Part shown: piece by piece, positions 48,186-58,246 of the stretch | How the letters are laid out: each line of letters begins with the position of its first letter | Position numbering within the stretch: position 1 is the stretch's first letter | Virus record (IMG/VR): IMGVR_UViG_2778261139_000002 | Coordinates: 22,595 to 86,594 of that record | Length of the DNA stretch: 64,000 bases | Source of the DNA: a virus | Lineage: Duplodnaviria > Heunggongvirae > Uroviricota > Caudoviricetes | Reading direction: 5' to 3' (one strand) | The notes under the pieces: model-generated | Seen by the model: only the letters and a program-made list of their open reading frames with translations | Database searches by the model: none | What the model was told of the DNA's origin: nothing | Translations under genes and position numbers: made by a program

Positions 48186-49693
48186 TGGCAATTCTTGATG
48201 ATGTGATTGGCGTTTTTTCACCAGGATGGAAAGCGGCAAGGCTGCGTTCCCGTGCGGTGATCCAGGCTTATGAGGCCGTAAAAACGACACGGACACACAA
48301 AGCCCGGCGGGAAAACCGAACTGCCGACCAGTTAAGCCAGTACGGGGCCGTGTCGTTACGTGAGCAGGCCCGTTACCTTGATAACAACCACGATCTGGTT
48401 ATTGGTGTATTTGACAAGCTGGAAGAACGGGTGGTGGGGAAAAACGGGATTATTGTCGAGCCACATCCGGTATTACGCAATGGGGCCATTGCCCGTGATC
48501 TGGCAGCGGAGATACGCACCCGATGGAGTGAATGGTCTGTCAGTCCGGAAGTCACCGGGCAGTTTACCCGTCCGATGCTGGAACGTCTGATGCTGCGTAC
48601 CTGGCTGCGCGATGGTGAGGTGTTTGCCCAGATGGTTTCCGGGCGCATAAACAGCCTGACGCCTTCTGCCGGTGTTCATTTCTGGCTGGAGGCGCTCGAG
48701 CCGGACTTTATTCCCATGACCAGTGATGAGAGCAACAGGCTGAATCAGGGCGTGTTTGTTGATGACTGGGGGCGTCCCGAAAAATATCTGGTGTATAAAA
48801 GCCGTCCCGTATCCGGGCGGCAGATGGAAACCAAAGAAGTGGATGCAGAGCGAATGCTGCATCTTAAATTTGTTCGCCGTCTGCACCAGATGCGCGGGAC
48901 GTCTTTGTTGTCCGGTGTGCTGATCCGCCTCAGTGCCCTGAAAGAGTATGAAGATTCTGAGCTGACTGCAGCAAGGATCGCCGCTGCTCTGGGGATGTAC
49001 ATCCGGAAAGGCGACGGGCAGAGCTATGAACCGGATGGTAATGGCAGCAAGGAGAATGAACGCGAGCTTACCATTCAGCCAGGCATTATTTACGACGATC
49101 TGAAACCCGGCGAAGAAATCGGAATGGTGAAGTCGGATCGTCCCAATCCTAACCTTGAAACTTTTCGTAATGGTCAGTTGCGTGCCGTGGCGGCGGGCAG
49201 TCGTCTGAGTTTTTCCAGTACGGCACGCAACTATAACGGCACTTACAGCGCCCAGCGTCAGGAGCTGGTTGAATCCACTGATGGCTACCTGATCCTGCAG
49301 GACTGGTTTATTGGTGCCGTCACCCGCCCGATGTATCGTGCCTGGCTGAAACAGGCTGTGGCATCCGGTGTTATCAGGCTACCCCGCGATCTTGATCGTT
49401 CTTCACTGTATACCGCGGTGTATTCCGGACCGGTGATGCCGTGGATTGACCCTGTTAAGGAGGCTGAGGCCTGGAAAATTCAGATTCGTGGTGGAGCGGC
49501 GACAGAATCAGACTGGGTACGTGCAGGTGGTCGTAATCCGGATGATGTCAAACGTCGGCGCAAGGCCGAAATTGATGAAAACCGCAAGCTGGATCTGGTA
49601 TTTGATACCGATCCGGCCAGTGATAAAGGAGGCAGCAGTGCCGCAACGAAACGACAGGAGCCGCAGCACACCGACGACCAGTCCGAAGAATAA
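48185..49693 (+). CDS. Portal protein
   Basis: ~502 aa from MAILDDVIG; position after terminase/gpW; start overlaps gpW stop. Confidence 0.8.
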   Translation: MAILDDVIGVFSPGWKAARLRSRAVIQAYEAVKTTRTHKARRENRTADQLSQYGAVSLREQARYLDNNHDLVIGVFDKLEERVVGKNGIIVEPHPVLRNGAIARDLAAEIRTRWSEWSVSPEVTGQFTRPMLERLMLRTWLRDGEVFAQMVSGRINSLTPSAGVHFWLEALEPDFIPMTSDESNRLNQGVFVDDWGRPEKYLVYKSRPVSGRQMETKEVDAERMLHLKFVRRLHQMRGTSLLSGVLIRLSALKEYEDSELTAARIAAALGMYIRKGDGQSYEPDGNGSKENERELTIQPGIIYDDLKPGEEIGMVKSDRPNPNLETFRNGQLRAVAAGSRLSFSSTARNYNGTYSAQRQELVESTDGYLILQDWFIGAVTRPMYRAWLKQAVASGVIRLPRDLDRSSLYTAVYSGPVMPWIDPVKEAEAWKIQIRGGAATESDWVRAGGRNPDDVKRRRKAEIDENRKLDLVFDTDPASDKGGSSAATKRQEPQHTDDQSEE

Positions 49694-49706
49694 TTCCTGG
49701 TTCAGG

Positions 49707-51665
49707 ATGCAGGCAGGTCACCAGAGTGACGCGGATATTTATATTTATGACGAGATTGGTTTCTGGGGTGTTACAGCGAAGCAGTTTATCAGTGATCTGA
49801 ATGCACTGGGCGATATCACCCACATTAATCTCCATATTAATTCACCGGGTGGCGATGTCTTTGAAGGCATCGCCATTTTTAATGCACTGAAAACACATGG
49901 TGCGTCCATTACCGTTTATGTCGACGGTGTGGCGGCGTCAATGGCGTCGGTCATTGCGATGGTGGGAAACCCGGTCATTATGCCGGAAAACTCCTTCATG
50001 ATGATTCATAAACCATTTGGCTTTACGGGCGGTGATGCGGAGGACATGCGCACCTATGCCGACCTGCTCGATAAAGTTGAGGCGGTTCTGTTACCCGCTT
50101 ATGCACAGAAAACCGGGAAAACCACCGATGAAATTGCTGCCATGCTGGCGGATGAGACCTGGATGTCCGGTGCCGAATGTCTGGCACAGGGATTTGCTGA
50201 TCAGGTGACACCAGCCGTTAAGGCAATGGCATGTATTCAGTCAAAACGTACAGAGGAATTTAAAAAGATGCCGGAATCCATTCGAAACATGATTACTCCG
50301 CCACGCAACAGTGCTCCACGCGTACAGGATGATGAACCTGCAGCCTCCCGGACGCCAGTGCAGGCAGCAGCACCCGTGGTGGATGAAAACAGTATCCGTG
50401 CGCAGGTACTGGCAGAGCAAAAAGCGCGTGTAAACGGTATTAATGATCTGTTTGCCATGTTTGGCGGGCGTTATCAGACGCTGCAGGCCCAGTGTCTTGC
50501 CGATCCTGAATGTTCGCTGGAGCAGGCCCGTGAAAAGCTGTTGAACGAGATGGGGCGCGAGTCCACGCCATCCAATAAAAATACCCCGGCTCATATTTAT
50601 GCCGGTAACGGTAATTTTGTGGGGGACGGGATTCGCCAGGCGCTGATGGCGCGTGCCGGATTTGAAAAAACCGAACGTGATAATGTCTACAACGGGATGA
50701 CCCTGCGTGAATATGCCCGTATGTCACTAACTGAACGGGGTATTGGGGTTTCCGGTTATAACCCGATGCAGATGGTCGGTGCGGCGTTCACACACAGTAC
50801 GTCTGACTTCGGTAATATTCTGCTGGATGTTGCGAACAAAGCCATTCTGCAGGGCTGGGAAGATGCCCCTGAAACCTATGAACAGTGGACGCGGAAAGGT
50901 CAGTTGTCTGATTTTAAAATTGCCCATCGTGTGGGTATGGGGGGCTTCAGTGCTCTACGTCAGGTGCGTGAAGGGGCGGAATATAAATACGTCACCACCG
51001 GAGATAAACAGGCCACTATTGCACTGGCGACCTATGGCGAGCTGTTCAGTATCACCCGTCAGGCCATTATCAATGATGATCTGAATATGCTGACCGATGT
51101 CCCGATGAAACTGGGCCGTGCGGCGAAATCCACTATTGCCGATCTGGTTTATGCCATTCTGACGTCTAACCCGAAAATCTCCACAGATAATGTAAGTCTG
51201 TTCGATAAAGCGAAACATGCAAACGTACTGGAGAGCGCTGCAATGGACGTGGCATCGCTGGATAAAGCCCGCCAGTTGATGCGCGTTCAGAAAGAGGGGG
51301 AGCGTCATCTGAATATTCGTCCTGCGTTCGTACTGGTACCGACGGCGATGGAGTCTGTTGCTAACCAGGTCATTCGCTCCTCAAGTGTCAAGGGGGCTGA
51401 CATTAACGCCGGTATTATTAACCCGGTGAAAGATTTTGCGACCGTTATTGCAGAGCCTCGTCTTGATGATAACAGCCAGACCACCTTCTACCTGGCTGCG
51501 TCAAAAGGCTCCGATACGATTGAAGTGGCTTATCTCAACGGTGTGGATACGCCATATATTGATCAGATGGAGGGCTTCAGTGTGGATGGCGTGACAACGA
51601 AAGTGCGTATTGACGCCGGTGTCGCGCCAGTTGATCACCGCGGTCTGGTGAAATGTACGGCGTAA
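49707..51665 (+). CDS. Prohead protease (ClpP/S49-like) fused to major capsid protein, 652 aa
   Basis: N-terminal IYIYDEIGFWGV...INSPGGDVFEG protease-type motifs; long C-terminal capsid-like domain; start at Met right after portal stop. Confidence 0.75.
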   Translation: MQAGHQSDADIYIYDEIGFWGVTAKQFISDLNALGDITHINLHINSPGGDVFEGIAIFNALKTHGASITVYVDGVAASMASVIAMVGNPVIMPENSFMMIHKPFGFTGGDAEDMRTYADLLDKVEAVLLPAYAQKTGKTTDEIAAMLADETWMSGAECLAQGFADQVTPAVKAMACIQSKRTEEFKKMPESIRNMITPPRNSAPRVQDDEPAASRTPVQAAAPVVDENSIRAQVLAEQKARVNGINDLFAMFGGRYQTLQAQCLADPECSLEQAREKLLNEMGRESTPSNKNTPAHIYAGNGNFVGDGIRQALMARAGFEKTERDNVYNGMTLREYARMSLTERGIGVSGYNPMQMVGAAFTHSTSDFGNILLDVANKAILQGWEDAPETYEQWTRKGQLSDFKIAHRVGMGGFSALRQVREGAEYKYVTTGDKQATIALATYGELFSITRQAIINDDLNMLTDVPMKLGRAAKSTIADLVYAILTSNPKISTDNVSLFDKAKHANVLESAAMDVASLDKARQLMRVQKEGERHLNIRPAFVLVPTAMESVANQVIRSSSVKGADINAGIINPVKDFATVIAEPRLDDNSQTTFYLAASKGSDTIEVAYLNGVDTPYIDQMEGFSVDGVTTKVRIDAGVAPVDHRGLVKCTA

Positions 51666-51688
51666 ACGTCGCAGACAACAACTCTGAT

Positions 51689-51709
51689 GGCCCGTAAGGG
51701 CTTTTTTTG
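51689..51709 (+). terminator. Weak hairpin plus T tract after capsid gene
   Basis: GGCCC-gtaa-GGGC followed by TTTTTTT. Confidence 0.4.
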
Positions 51710-51751
51710 TACCTGAAATCAGCCCCTGAACGGGGCTGTGCGGAGACAGTT

Positions 51752-52075
51752 ATGGCAAAGAATTTTGTAGAAGAAGGAAAAACGGTGGCGATTGTTGCCA
51801 GTGCAGCCATCAGCAGCGGAGATCTGGTGCAGGTGGGCGATGTTTTTGCGGTGGCGCTGACCGATATTCCACAGGGTGAAACAGGCGACGGCATGACCGA
51901 AGGTGTGTTTATGCTGCCTAAGCTGAAAACGGATGACATGAAAACGGGTAAGAAGGTTTATCTGAAGTCCGGAAAAGTTCAGCTGACTAACAGCGGCTCT
52001 GATCCGCTGGTCGGGGTTGTCTGGGCAGATGCCGGAACCAGTGCAGAAGAAGTGCCGGTAAAACTCAATGTCTGA
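51752..52075 (+). CDS. Head-associated small protein (DUF2190-like), function uncertain
   Basis: 107 aa after capsid gene; GGAAAAACGGTGG-type RBS context. Confidence 0.5.
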   Translation: MAKNFVEEGKTVAIVASAAISSGDLVQVGDVFAVALTDIPQGETGDGMTEGVFMLPKLKTDDMKTGKKVYLKSGKVQLTNSGSDPLVGVVWADAGTSAEEVPVKLNV

Positions 52076-52343
52076 TCCCTTTTCCCGGCTGGCAGCGCGT
52101 ATGGATGCTATCACGGTTAGAAAGATGGGAAAGACAGCCTCGATTAATGATGTCGATATGACTGTGATCCCGGGAGAAACACTGGCAGAGCTGAATGCTC
52201 TGTCCGGACCTGCGGTCTCTCTGGTGGTGTTTTCTTCGGGATACCGCCCACGGCGCGGGGATCGCGTTGTTTATGACGGACAACAATGGACGGTCACACG
52301 GCATGAACGTTTTAACGGTAAGCCAATGATCTTTATTGAGTAA
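52068..52343 (+). CDS. Head-tail connector-type small protein, 91 aa
   Basis: Position between head and tail modules; overlapping start/stop with flanking genes. Confidence 0.5.
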   Translation: MSDPFSRLAARMDAITVRKMGKTASINDVDMTVIPGETLAELNALSGPAVSLVVFSSGYRPRRGDRVVYDGQQWTVTRHERFNGKPMIFIE

Positions 52344-52354
52344 AGAGGTGTGGG

Positions 52355-52933
52355 ATGAAGGGGCTTGAGAATGCCATCCGTAATCTGAACAGCCTTGATA
52401 CCCGTATGGTGCCACAGGCCAGCGCATGGGCGATAAACCGTGTGGCACAGAAAGCGGTCTCGGTCGCCACCCGGCAGGTTGCCGGGAATACCGTTGCGGG
52501 AGATAACCAGGTGAAAGGGATCCCCCTGAAACTGGTACGTCAGCGTGTCCGGGTGTTTAAAGCCAGTCCGTCAGGAAAAATGACGGCCAGGATCCGCGTT
52601 AACCGGGGCAATCTGCCCGCTATTAAGCTGGGGACAGCCCGGGTCAGACTGGCCCGGCGTGGTGGAAAACTGCAGTACCGTGGCAGTGTGCTGAAGGTGG
52701 GTAAATATCTTTTCCGGGATGCGTTTATTCAGCAACTGGCGAATGGTCGCTGGCATGTGATGCGGCGTATTGATGGCAAAAATCGTTACCCCATTGATGT
52801 GGTGAAAGTCCCGCTGTCCGGACCGCTGACACAGGCATTTGAAGATGCCCGCGACCGCATTATTGCTGCGGAAATGCCGAAACAGCTGGGGTATGCACTG
52901 AAACAACAACTGAGGTTATGGCTGACCCGATGA
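52355..52933 (+). CDS. Minor tail protein Z-like, 192 aa
   Basis: Length equals lambda gpZ; motifs RDAFIQQLANGRWHV and PIDVVKVPLSGPLTQAF recalled from gpZ family. Confidence 0.6.
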   Translation: MKGLENAIRNLNSLDTRMVPQASAWAINRVAQKAVSVATRQVAGNTVAGDNQVKGIPLKLVRQRVRVFKASPSGKMTARIRVNRGNLPAIKLGTARVRLARRGGKLQYRGSVLKVGKYLFRDAFIQQLANGRWHVMRRIDGKNRYPIDVVKVPLSGPLTQAFEDARDRIIAAEMPKQLGYALKQQLRLWLTR

Positions 52934-53331
52934 ACCGACATACACAAATCCGCCAGGCCGTACTGGCACGCCTTCGGGAACAGTGTGGAGACAGCGCCAC
53001 GTTTTTTGACGGGCTTCCGGCATTTATTGATGCGCAGGAACTGCCTGCCGTGGCGGTGTGGCTGAGTGATGCTCAGTACACCGGAAAAATGACGGATGAA
53101 GATGACTGGCAGGCTGTTCTGCATATTGCTGTCTTCATCCGGGCACAGGCACCGGATTCAGAGCTGGATATGTGGATGGAGAGCACCATTTTCCCGGCCC
53201 TGAATGATATACCGGCACTTTCCGGACTCATCGACACCCTGATCCCTCTCGGTTTTAACTATCAACGTGATAATGAGATGGCCACCTGGGCGATGGCGGA
53301 AATCACGTACCAGATCACGTACACGAATTAA
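52918..53331 (+). CDS. Tail terminator protein U-like, 137 aa
   Basis: Position immediately upstream of major tail protein; size close to lambda gpU. Confidence 0.6.
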   Translation: MADPMNRHTQIRQAVLARLREQCGDSATFFDGLPAFIDAQELPAVAVWLSDAQYTGKMTDEDDWQAVLHIAVFIRAQAPDSELDMWMESTIFPALNDIPALSGLIDTLIPLGFNYQRDNEMATWAMAEITYQITYTN

Positions 53332-53336
53332 AGGAG

Positions 53337-54086
53337 GTGGCAATGACCACACCAAATCCACTGGCAAAAACGAAAGGTGCGGGAACGACGTTCTGGATGT
53401 ACACCGGCAAGGGCGATGCGTTTGCGAACCCTTTATCGGACACTGACTGGCTGCGTCTTGCGATGGTGAAGGATCTGCAACCTGGCGAAATGACCGCTGA
53501 TGCAGAAGATGACACTTATCTCGATGATGAAGATGCAGACTGGAAAACGACAACCCAGGGGCAGAAATCCGTCGGTGATACTTCGGCGACGCTGGCCTGG
53601 CGTCCGGGTGACAGCGGGCAGAAAAAACTGGTTCAGTTGTTCGACTCCGGTGAAGTCTGCGCGTTTCGTATCAAATATCCCAACGGCACTGTTGATGTTT
53701 TCCGTGGCTGGCTGAGCTCACTGGGTAAAACCATTGCCTCAAAAGACGTGATGACCCGCACAGTGAAAATCAGCGGTGTGGGGCGTCCGTATCTGGCAGA
53801 GGAAGGCACTGAAACAGTGAGCGTTACCGGGCTGACGGTGGCACCGGCATCTGCCAGTGTAAAAGTGGGAGCAACCACCACGCTGACCTTTACAGTAAAA
53901 CCTGACGGAGCCAGTGACAAAGCGATCAGTGTGCATTCGACAGATCCACAGACTGCCACGGTGACCCTGAACGGGCTTGTGGCCACGGTGAAAGGCGTGA
54001 AGCAGGGCAGTGTCAGCATTGTGGGCATGACTTCTGACGGCGATTTTGTGGCAGTGGCTGCGGTGGCTGTCAGCGCCGCAGGTTAA
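53337..54086 (+). CDS. Major tail protein V with C-terminal Ig-like domain
   Basis: Clear similarity to lambda gpV (KGAGTT.W.Y.G.GD..ANPLSD.DW.RLA.VKDL.PGE.TA...DD.YLDDEDADW). Confidence 0.9.
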   Translation: MAMTTPNPLAKTKGAGTTFWMYTGKGDAFANPLSDTDWLRLAMVKDLQPGEMTADAEDDTYLDDEDADWKTTTQGQKSVGDTSATLAWRPGDSGQKKLVQLFDSGEVCAFRIKYPNGTVDVFRGWLSSLGKTIASKDVMTRTVKISGVGRPYLAEEGTETVSVTGLTVAPASASVKVGATTTLTFTVKPDGASDKAISVHSTDPQTATVTLNGLVATVKGVKQGSVSIVGMTSDGDFVAVAAVAVSAAG

Positions 54087-54106
54087 CAGGACGATACTCA
54101 TCATTT

Positions 54107-54130
54107 GCCCCGGTTATCCGGGGCTTTTTT
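54107..54130 (+). terminator. Rho-independent terminator after major tail gene
   Basis: GCCCCGG-ttat-CCGGGGC followed by TTTTTT. Confidence 0.65.
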
Positions 54131-54143
54131 GCAGGTGGAGAAC

Positions 54144-54533
54144 ATGATGTTTCTGAAACAGGGCACGTTTAATTATGAAAAGCAGTCCGTGGTGCTCAGT
54201 GAGCTGTCCGGGCTGCAGAGAATTGAATATCTGGCGTTTGTTCAGCAGCGAACGGCAAAGTTTGATGCCGAAGAGGGAGAACTGCCGGAGGCTGAACGAC
54301 AGATTGCTTTTCTGCGGATGGGGATGGATATCAATGCCTGGCTGGTTTCCCGCTCACTGTGGAATGCGGAACAGTCTCAGGATGTTGAGACGCTTTGCGC
54401 ATCCGTTATTACAACATGGTCGTATGATGCCCTGGGAGCGGGGGCGGAGATGGTTCTGTCGCTGAGCGGTATGGGAGTCATTGAGAATGCCGGGGATTTG
54501 GAGCATGAGGTGCTGACGCCGGAAAAGTCCTGA
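54144..54533 (+). CDS. Tail assembly chaperone G
   Basis: Similarity to lambda gpG (MFLK...LSELSGLQRIE.LA); start placed after terminator at ATGATG with GGTGGAG RBS. Confidence 0.8.
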   Translation: MMFLKQGTFNYEKQSVVLSELSGLQRIEYLAFVQQRTAKFDAEEGELPEAERQIAFLRMGMDINAWLVSRSLWNAEQSQDVETLCASVITTWSYDALGAGAEMVLSLSGMGVIENAGDLEHEVLTPEKS

Positions 54534-54541
54534 CGCGGGAA

Positions 54542-54871
54542 ATGCAGTTTGTCATGCGGCTTGCCCGGGAGTTCCGGCGGGCAGACTGGCGGCGGATGCT
54601 GTCGGAAATGTCGGCCACTGAGCTTGGTGAGTGGGGCGATTATTTCCGGATGCAGAGCTTCAGTGATGTGTGGATGGATGCGCAGTTTGCCTCGCTGAAG
54701 GCATTGATCGTGAGAATGGTGTCCGGTAGCAGTGATGCTGCGGTGGCTGATTTCAGCCTTTTACCGGAAGAGAACGGGATACCGGAGCGAACGGACGAAG
54801 AACTGATGCATCTTGGGGAAGGTATTTCCGGAGGTGTGCGTTATGGACCAGATAGCCAACTTGGTCATTGA
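54542..54871 (+). CDS. Tail assembly chaperone T segment, probably expressed as G-T fusion by -1 programmed frameshift
   Basis: ORF in -1 frame relative to G, open across the G stop; slippery-like GGAAAAG at 54521-54527. Confidence 0.6.
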   Translation: MQFVMRLAREFRRADWRRMLSEMSATELGEWGDYFRMQSFSDVWMDAQFASLKALIVRMVSGSSDAAVADFSLLPEENGIPERTDEELMHLGEGISGGVRYGPDSQLGH

Positions 54872-57800
54872 TTTGGGGATTGATGCGGCAGAGTTTAAAA
54901 ATGAAATTCCCCGTATCAAAAACCTTCTGAATGGTGCAGCCAGCGATGCAGAACGGTCTTCTGCCCGTATGCAGCGTTTTATGGAGCGTCAGACTCAGGC
55001 CGCCCGGCAGACAATGCAGGCGGCTTCTTCGGCTGCAACAGCCGCATCCGTCCATGCGCAGACGGTGGAGAAGAGCGCACAGGCTCATGAACGCATGGCC
55101 CGCGAGGTGGAGCAAACCCGCCAGCGTATGGAGGCACTGAGCCAGAAAATGCGCGAGGAACAGGCGCAGGCCATGGCTCTGGCGGAGGCTCAGGATAAAG
55201 CGGCTGCCGCGTTTTATCGTCAGATTGACAGTGTGAAACAGGCCAGTGCGGGGCTGCAGGAATTACAGCGTATTCAGCAGCAGATCCGACAGGCCAGAAA
55301 CAGTGGCGGGATTGGTCAGCAGGATTATCTGGCGCTGATTTCTGAGGTTACGGCGAAAACCCGTGTTCTTACGCAGGCTGAGGAAGAGGCTACCCGACAG
55401 AAAGTGGCGTTTATCCGTCAGCTTAAAGAGCAGGCAACCCGCCAGAATCTTTCTTCTTCTGAGTTGCTTCGTGCTAAGGCTGCCCAGCTGGGGGTAAGCA
55501 GTGCTGCAGAAGTGTATATCCGCAAAATGGAGCAGGCAGGAAAAGCCACGCATTCGCTGGGTCTGAAAAGTGCAGCGGCCCGCCAGGAGATTGGCGTTCT
55601 GATAGGTGAACTGGCCCGCGGCAATTTAGGGGCGCTGAGGGGATCCGGGATAACGCTGGCTAACCGTGCCGGATGGATAGACACTCTGATGTCACCGAAA
55701 GGCATGATGCTTGGCGGGGTTATTGGCGGTATTGCCGCGTCCGTCTATGGTCTGGGTAAAGCCTGGTATGACGGTCAGAAGGAGGGGGAAGAATTTAACC
55801 GCCAGTTGTCGCTGACGGGGCATTATGCCGGAGTCACTGCCGGGCAGCTGTGGACGCTCAGTCGTGCTATTTCCGGGAATGGTATCACGCAACATGCTGC
55901 AGCCGGTGCGCTGGCTCAGGTGGTGGGGAGTGGTGCATTTCGTGGAAACGATATCGGTATGGTGGCGAGAGCTGCCGCACAGATGGAGCGATCGGTTGGC
56001 CAGTCGGTCAGCGATACCATAAATCAGTTTAAGCGGCTGAAGGATGATCCTGTAAATGCCGCGAAGGCTCTGGACAATGAGCTGCATTTTCTTACTGCCA
56101 CTCAGCTTGAGCAGATACGTGTCCTTGGGGATCAGGGACGGTCCAGTGATGCTGCACGGATAGCCATGTCTGCACTGGCAGAGGAAACCGGTCGGCGTAC
56201 TGCGGATATTGATAATAACCTCAATGCGCTTGGCAGTACGCTGAAGTATCTGTCTGATTTGTGGAGTCGTTTCTGGGATGCGGCCATGAATATTGGTCGT
56301 GAAGACTCGCTGGATGAACAGATTGCCGCTTTACAGGAGAAAGTGTCGCGGGCGAAAAGACTCCCCTGGACGGCATCATCTTCTCAGGTTGAATACGATC
56401 AGCAGCGTCTTAACGATCTTCAGGAGAAAAAACGCCAGAAGGATTTGCAGGATGCAAAAGAGCAGGCAGAGCGGAATTATCAGGAGCAACAGAAACGACG
56501 TAATGCTGAAAATGCTGCACTGAACCGGATGAATGAAACGGAAGCAGCACGACATCAGCGTGAAATTGCGCGTATTAATTCCATGCAGTACGCCGATCAG
56601 GCTGTCAGGGATGCAGCGATACAACGTGAAAATGAACGTTACGAGAAAGCCCTGGCATCCGGTAAGAAAAAAACACGCGAACCCCGTAATGATGAGGCCA
56701 CCCGGTTATTGCTGCAGTACAGTCAGCAACAGGCACAGGTGGAAGGACAGATTGCTGCTGCCAGACAGTCAGCAGGCATTGCCACGGAAAGGATGACAGA
56801 AGCGCATAAACAGCTTCTGGCTCTGCAGCAGCGCATCAGCGACCTGGACGGGAAAAAACTGACGGCAGATGAAAAGAGTGTGCTGGCCCGTAAAGATGAA
56901 CTGATTCAGGCACTGACGCTGCTGGATGTAAAACAGCAGGAGCTTCAGAAACAGACGGCACTCAACGAGCTGAAGAAAAAAACAATTCAGCTGACCAGTC
57001 AACTGGCTGAAGAAGAGCGCGCTCAGCGTCAGCAACATGACCTGGATATCGCCACGGTGGGTATGGGTGATCAGCAGCGGCAGCGATATCAGGTACAACT
57101 GAGTCTTCGCCAGAAATACCAGCAACAGCTGGAGCAGTTGAGGCGGGATAGTGAGCAGAAAGGAACATATAACACGGATGACTACAGAAAGGCCGAGCAG
57201 GCGCTGACGGAGAGCCTGAACCGACAACTGAATGAGAATCGCCGTTACTGGCAACAGCTTGAAGTTGTGCAGGGTAACTGGAAAAACGGAGTCCTGCGTG
57301 CATTTCAGGATTTTACCGTGGATGCAGATAATACGGCAGGAACAGCAGAACAGGTGTTCTCGTCAGCCTTCAGCAACATGGGAAATGGCCTGGCAACTTT
57401 TGTCACTACCGGCAAACTCAATTTCAAATCCTTCACCTCTTCTGTGCTGTCAGATATGGCGAAAATCCTGGCGCAGGCAACCATGATGAAATCGATAAAA
57501 GGGATTGGCAGTGTGCTGGGATTTGATCTCAGCAGCCTTTCCCTGAATGCCAATGGGGGGATTTATCAGTCTGCTGATTTGAGTCGTTACAGTGGCACGG
57601 TGGTTAACCGTCCGACGTTTTTTGCTTTTGCAAAAGGCGCGGGTGTGATGGGGGAAGCGGGACCTGAAGCCATTCTGCCACTGCGTCGTGGTGCTGACGG
57701 TAAGCTGGGGGTTGTGGCGGATATTGGTGGTTCAGGTATGGCGATGTTTGCCCCGCAGTACAACATCGAGATCAATAACGATGGCACGAACGGGCAGATA

Positions 57801-57908
57801 GGTCCGGCTGCCCTGAAGGTGGTTTATGACCTTGGGAAAAAAGCGGCAGCGGACTTTATGCAACAGCAGGCCCGTGATGGTGGTCGGTTAAGTGGAGCAT
57901 ATCGGTAA
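54843..57908 (+). CDS. Tail tape measure protein (gpH-like)
   Basis: ~1021 aa, coiled-coil-rich, C-terminal INNDGTNGQIGPAALKVVYD shared with lambda gpH. Confidence 0.85.
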   Translation: MDQIANLVIDLGIDAAEFKNEIPRIKNLLNGAASDAERSSARMQRFMERQTQAARQTMQAASSAATAASVHAQTVEKSAQAHERMAREVEQTRQRMEALSQKMREEQAQAMALAEAQDKAAAAFYRQIDSVKQASAGLQELQRIQQQIRQARNSGGIGQQDYLALISEVTAKTRVLTQAEEEATRQKVAFIRQLKEQATRQNLSSSELLRAKAAQLGVSSAAEVYIRKMEQAGKATHSLGLKSAAARQEIGVLIGELARGNLGALRGSGITLANRAGWIDTLMSPKGMMLGGVIGGIAASVYGLGKAWYDGQKEGEEFNRQLSLTGHYAGVTAGQLWTLSRAISGNGITQHAAAGALAQVVGSGAFRGNDIGMVARAAAQMERSVGQSVSDTINQFKRLKDDPVNAAKALDNELHFLTATQLEQIRVLGDQGRSSDAARIAMSALAEETGRRTADIDNNLNALGSTLKYLSDLWSRFWDAAMNIGREDSLDEQIAALQEKVSRAKRLPWTASSSQVEYDQQRLNDLQEKKRQKDLQDAKEQAERNYQEQQKRRNAENAALNRMNETEAARHQREIARINSMQYADQAVRDAAIQRENERYEKALASGKKKTREPRNDEATRLLLQYSQQQAQVEGQIAAARQSAGIATERMTEAHKQLLALQQRISDLDGKKLTADEKSVLARKDELIQALTLLDVKQQELQKQTALNELKKKTIQLTSQLAEEERAQRQQHDLDIATVGMGDQQRQRYQVQLSLRQKYQQQLEQLRRDSEQKGTYNTDDYRKAEQALTESLNRQLNENRRYWQQLEVVQGNWKNGVLRAFQDFTVDADNTAGTAEQVFSSAFSNMGNGLATFVTTGKLNFKSFTSSVLSDMAKILAQATMMKSIKGIGSVLGFDLSSLSLNANGGIYQSADLSRYSGTVVNRPTFFAFAKGAGVMGEAGPEAILPLRRGADGKLGVVADIGGSGMAMFAPQYNIEINNDGTNGQIGPAALKVVYDLGKKAAADFMQQQARDGGRLSGAYR

Positions 57909-58237
57909 TGGAGACGTTTCACTGGAAAGTGCGCCCGGATATGAATGTGGTATCAGAGCCGAAAGTGGTGACAGTGAAGCTGGGCGATGGTTATGAACAG
58001 CGTCGTGCGGCGGGACTGAATAACCAGTTGTCGATTTACAGCGTGACGATACGTGTTCGTAAATGTGAACACCCATCTTTAAAAGCCTTTCTGGAACGGC
58101 ACGGTGGCGTCCGCGCATTTCAGTGGACGCCACCTTATGACTGGAAGCCGATCAGGGTGGTTTGTCGTAAATGGTCGGCAAGCGTGGGGGCGTTGTGGGT
58201 AACCATAACGGCAGATTTTGAACAGGTCGTGGCATAG
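57908..58237 (+). CDS. Minor tail protein M
   Basis: 109 aa, same length and position as lambda gpM. Confidence 0.85.
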   Translation: METFHWKVRPDMNVVSEPKVVTVKLGDGYEQRRAAGLNNQLSIYSVTIRVRKCEHPSLKAFLERHGGVRAFQWTPPYDWKPIRVVCRKWSASVGALWVTITADFEQVVA

Positions 58238-58246
58238 GAGGCTCTG

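Noticed and set aside
48473-48886. 137-codon minus-strand ORF within the portal gene, and 50241-50594 / 50955-51308 within the protease-capsid gene
   Set aside because: Antisense to well-supported structural genes; no RBS; considered spurious.
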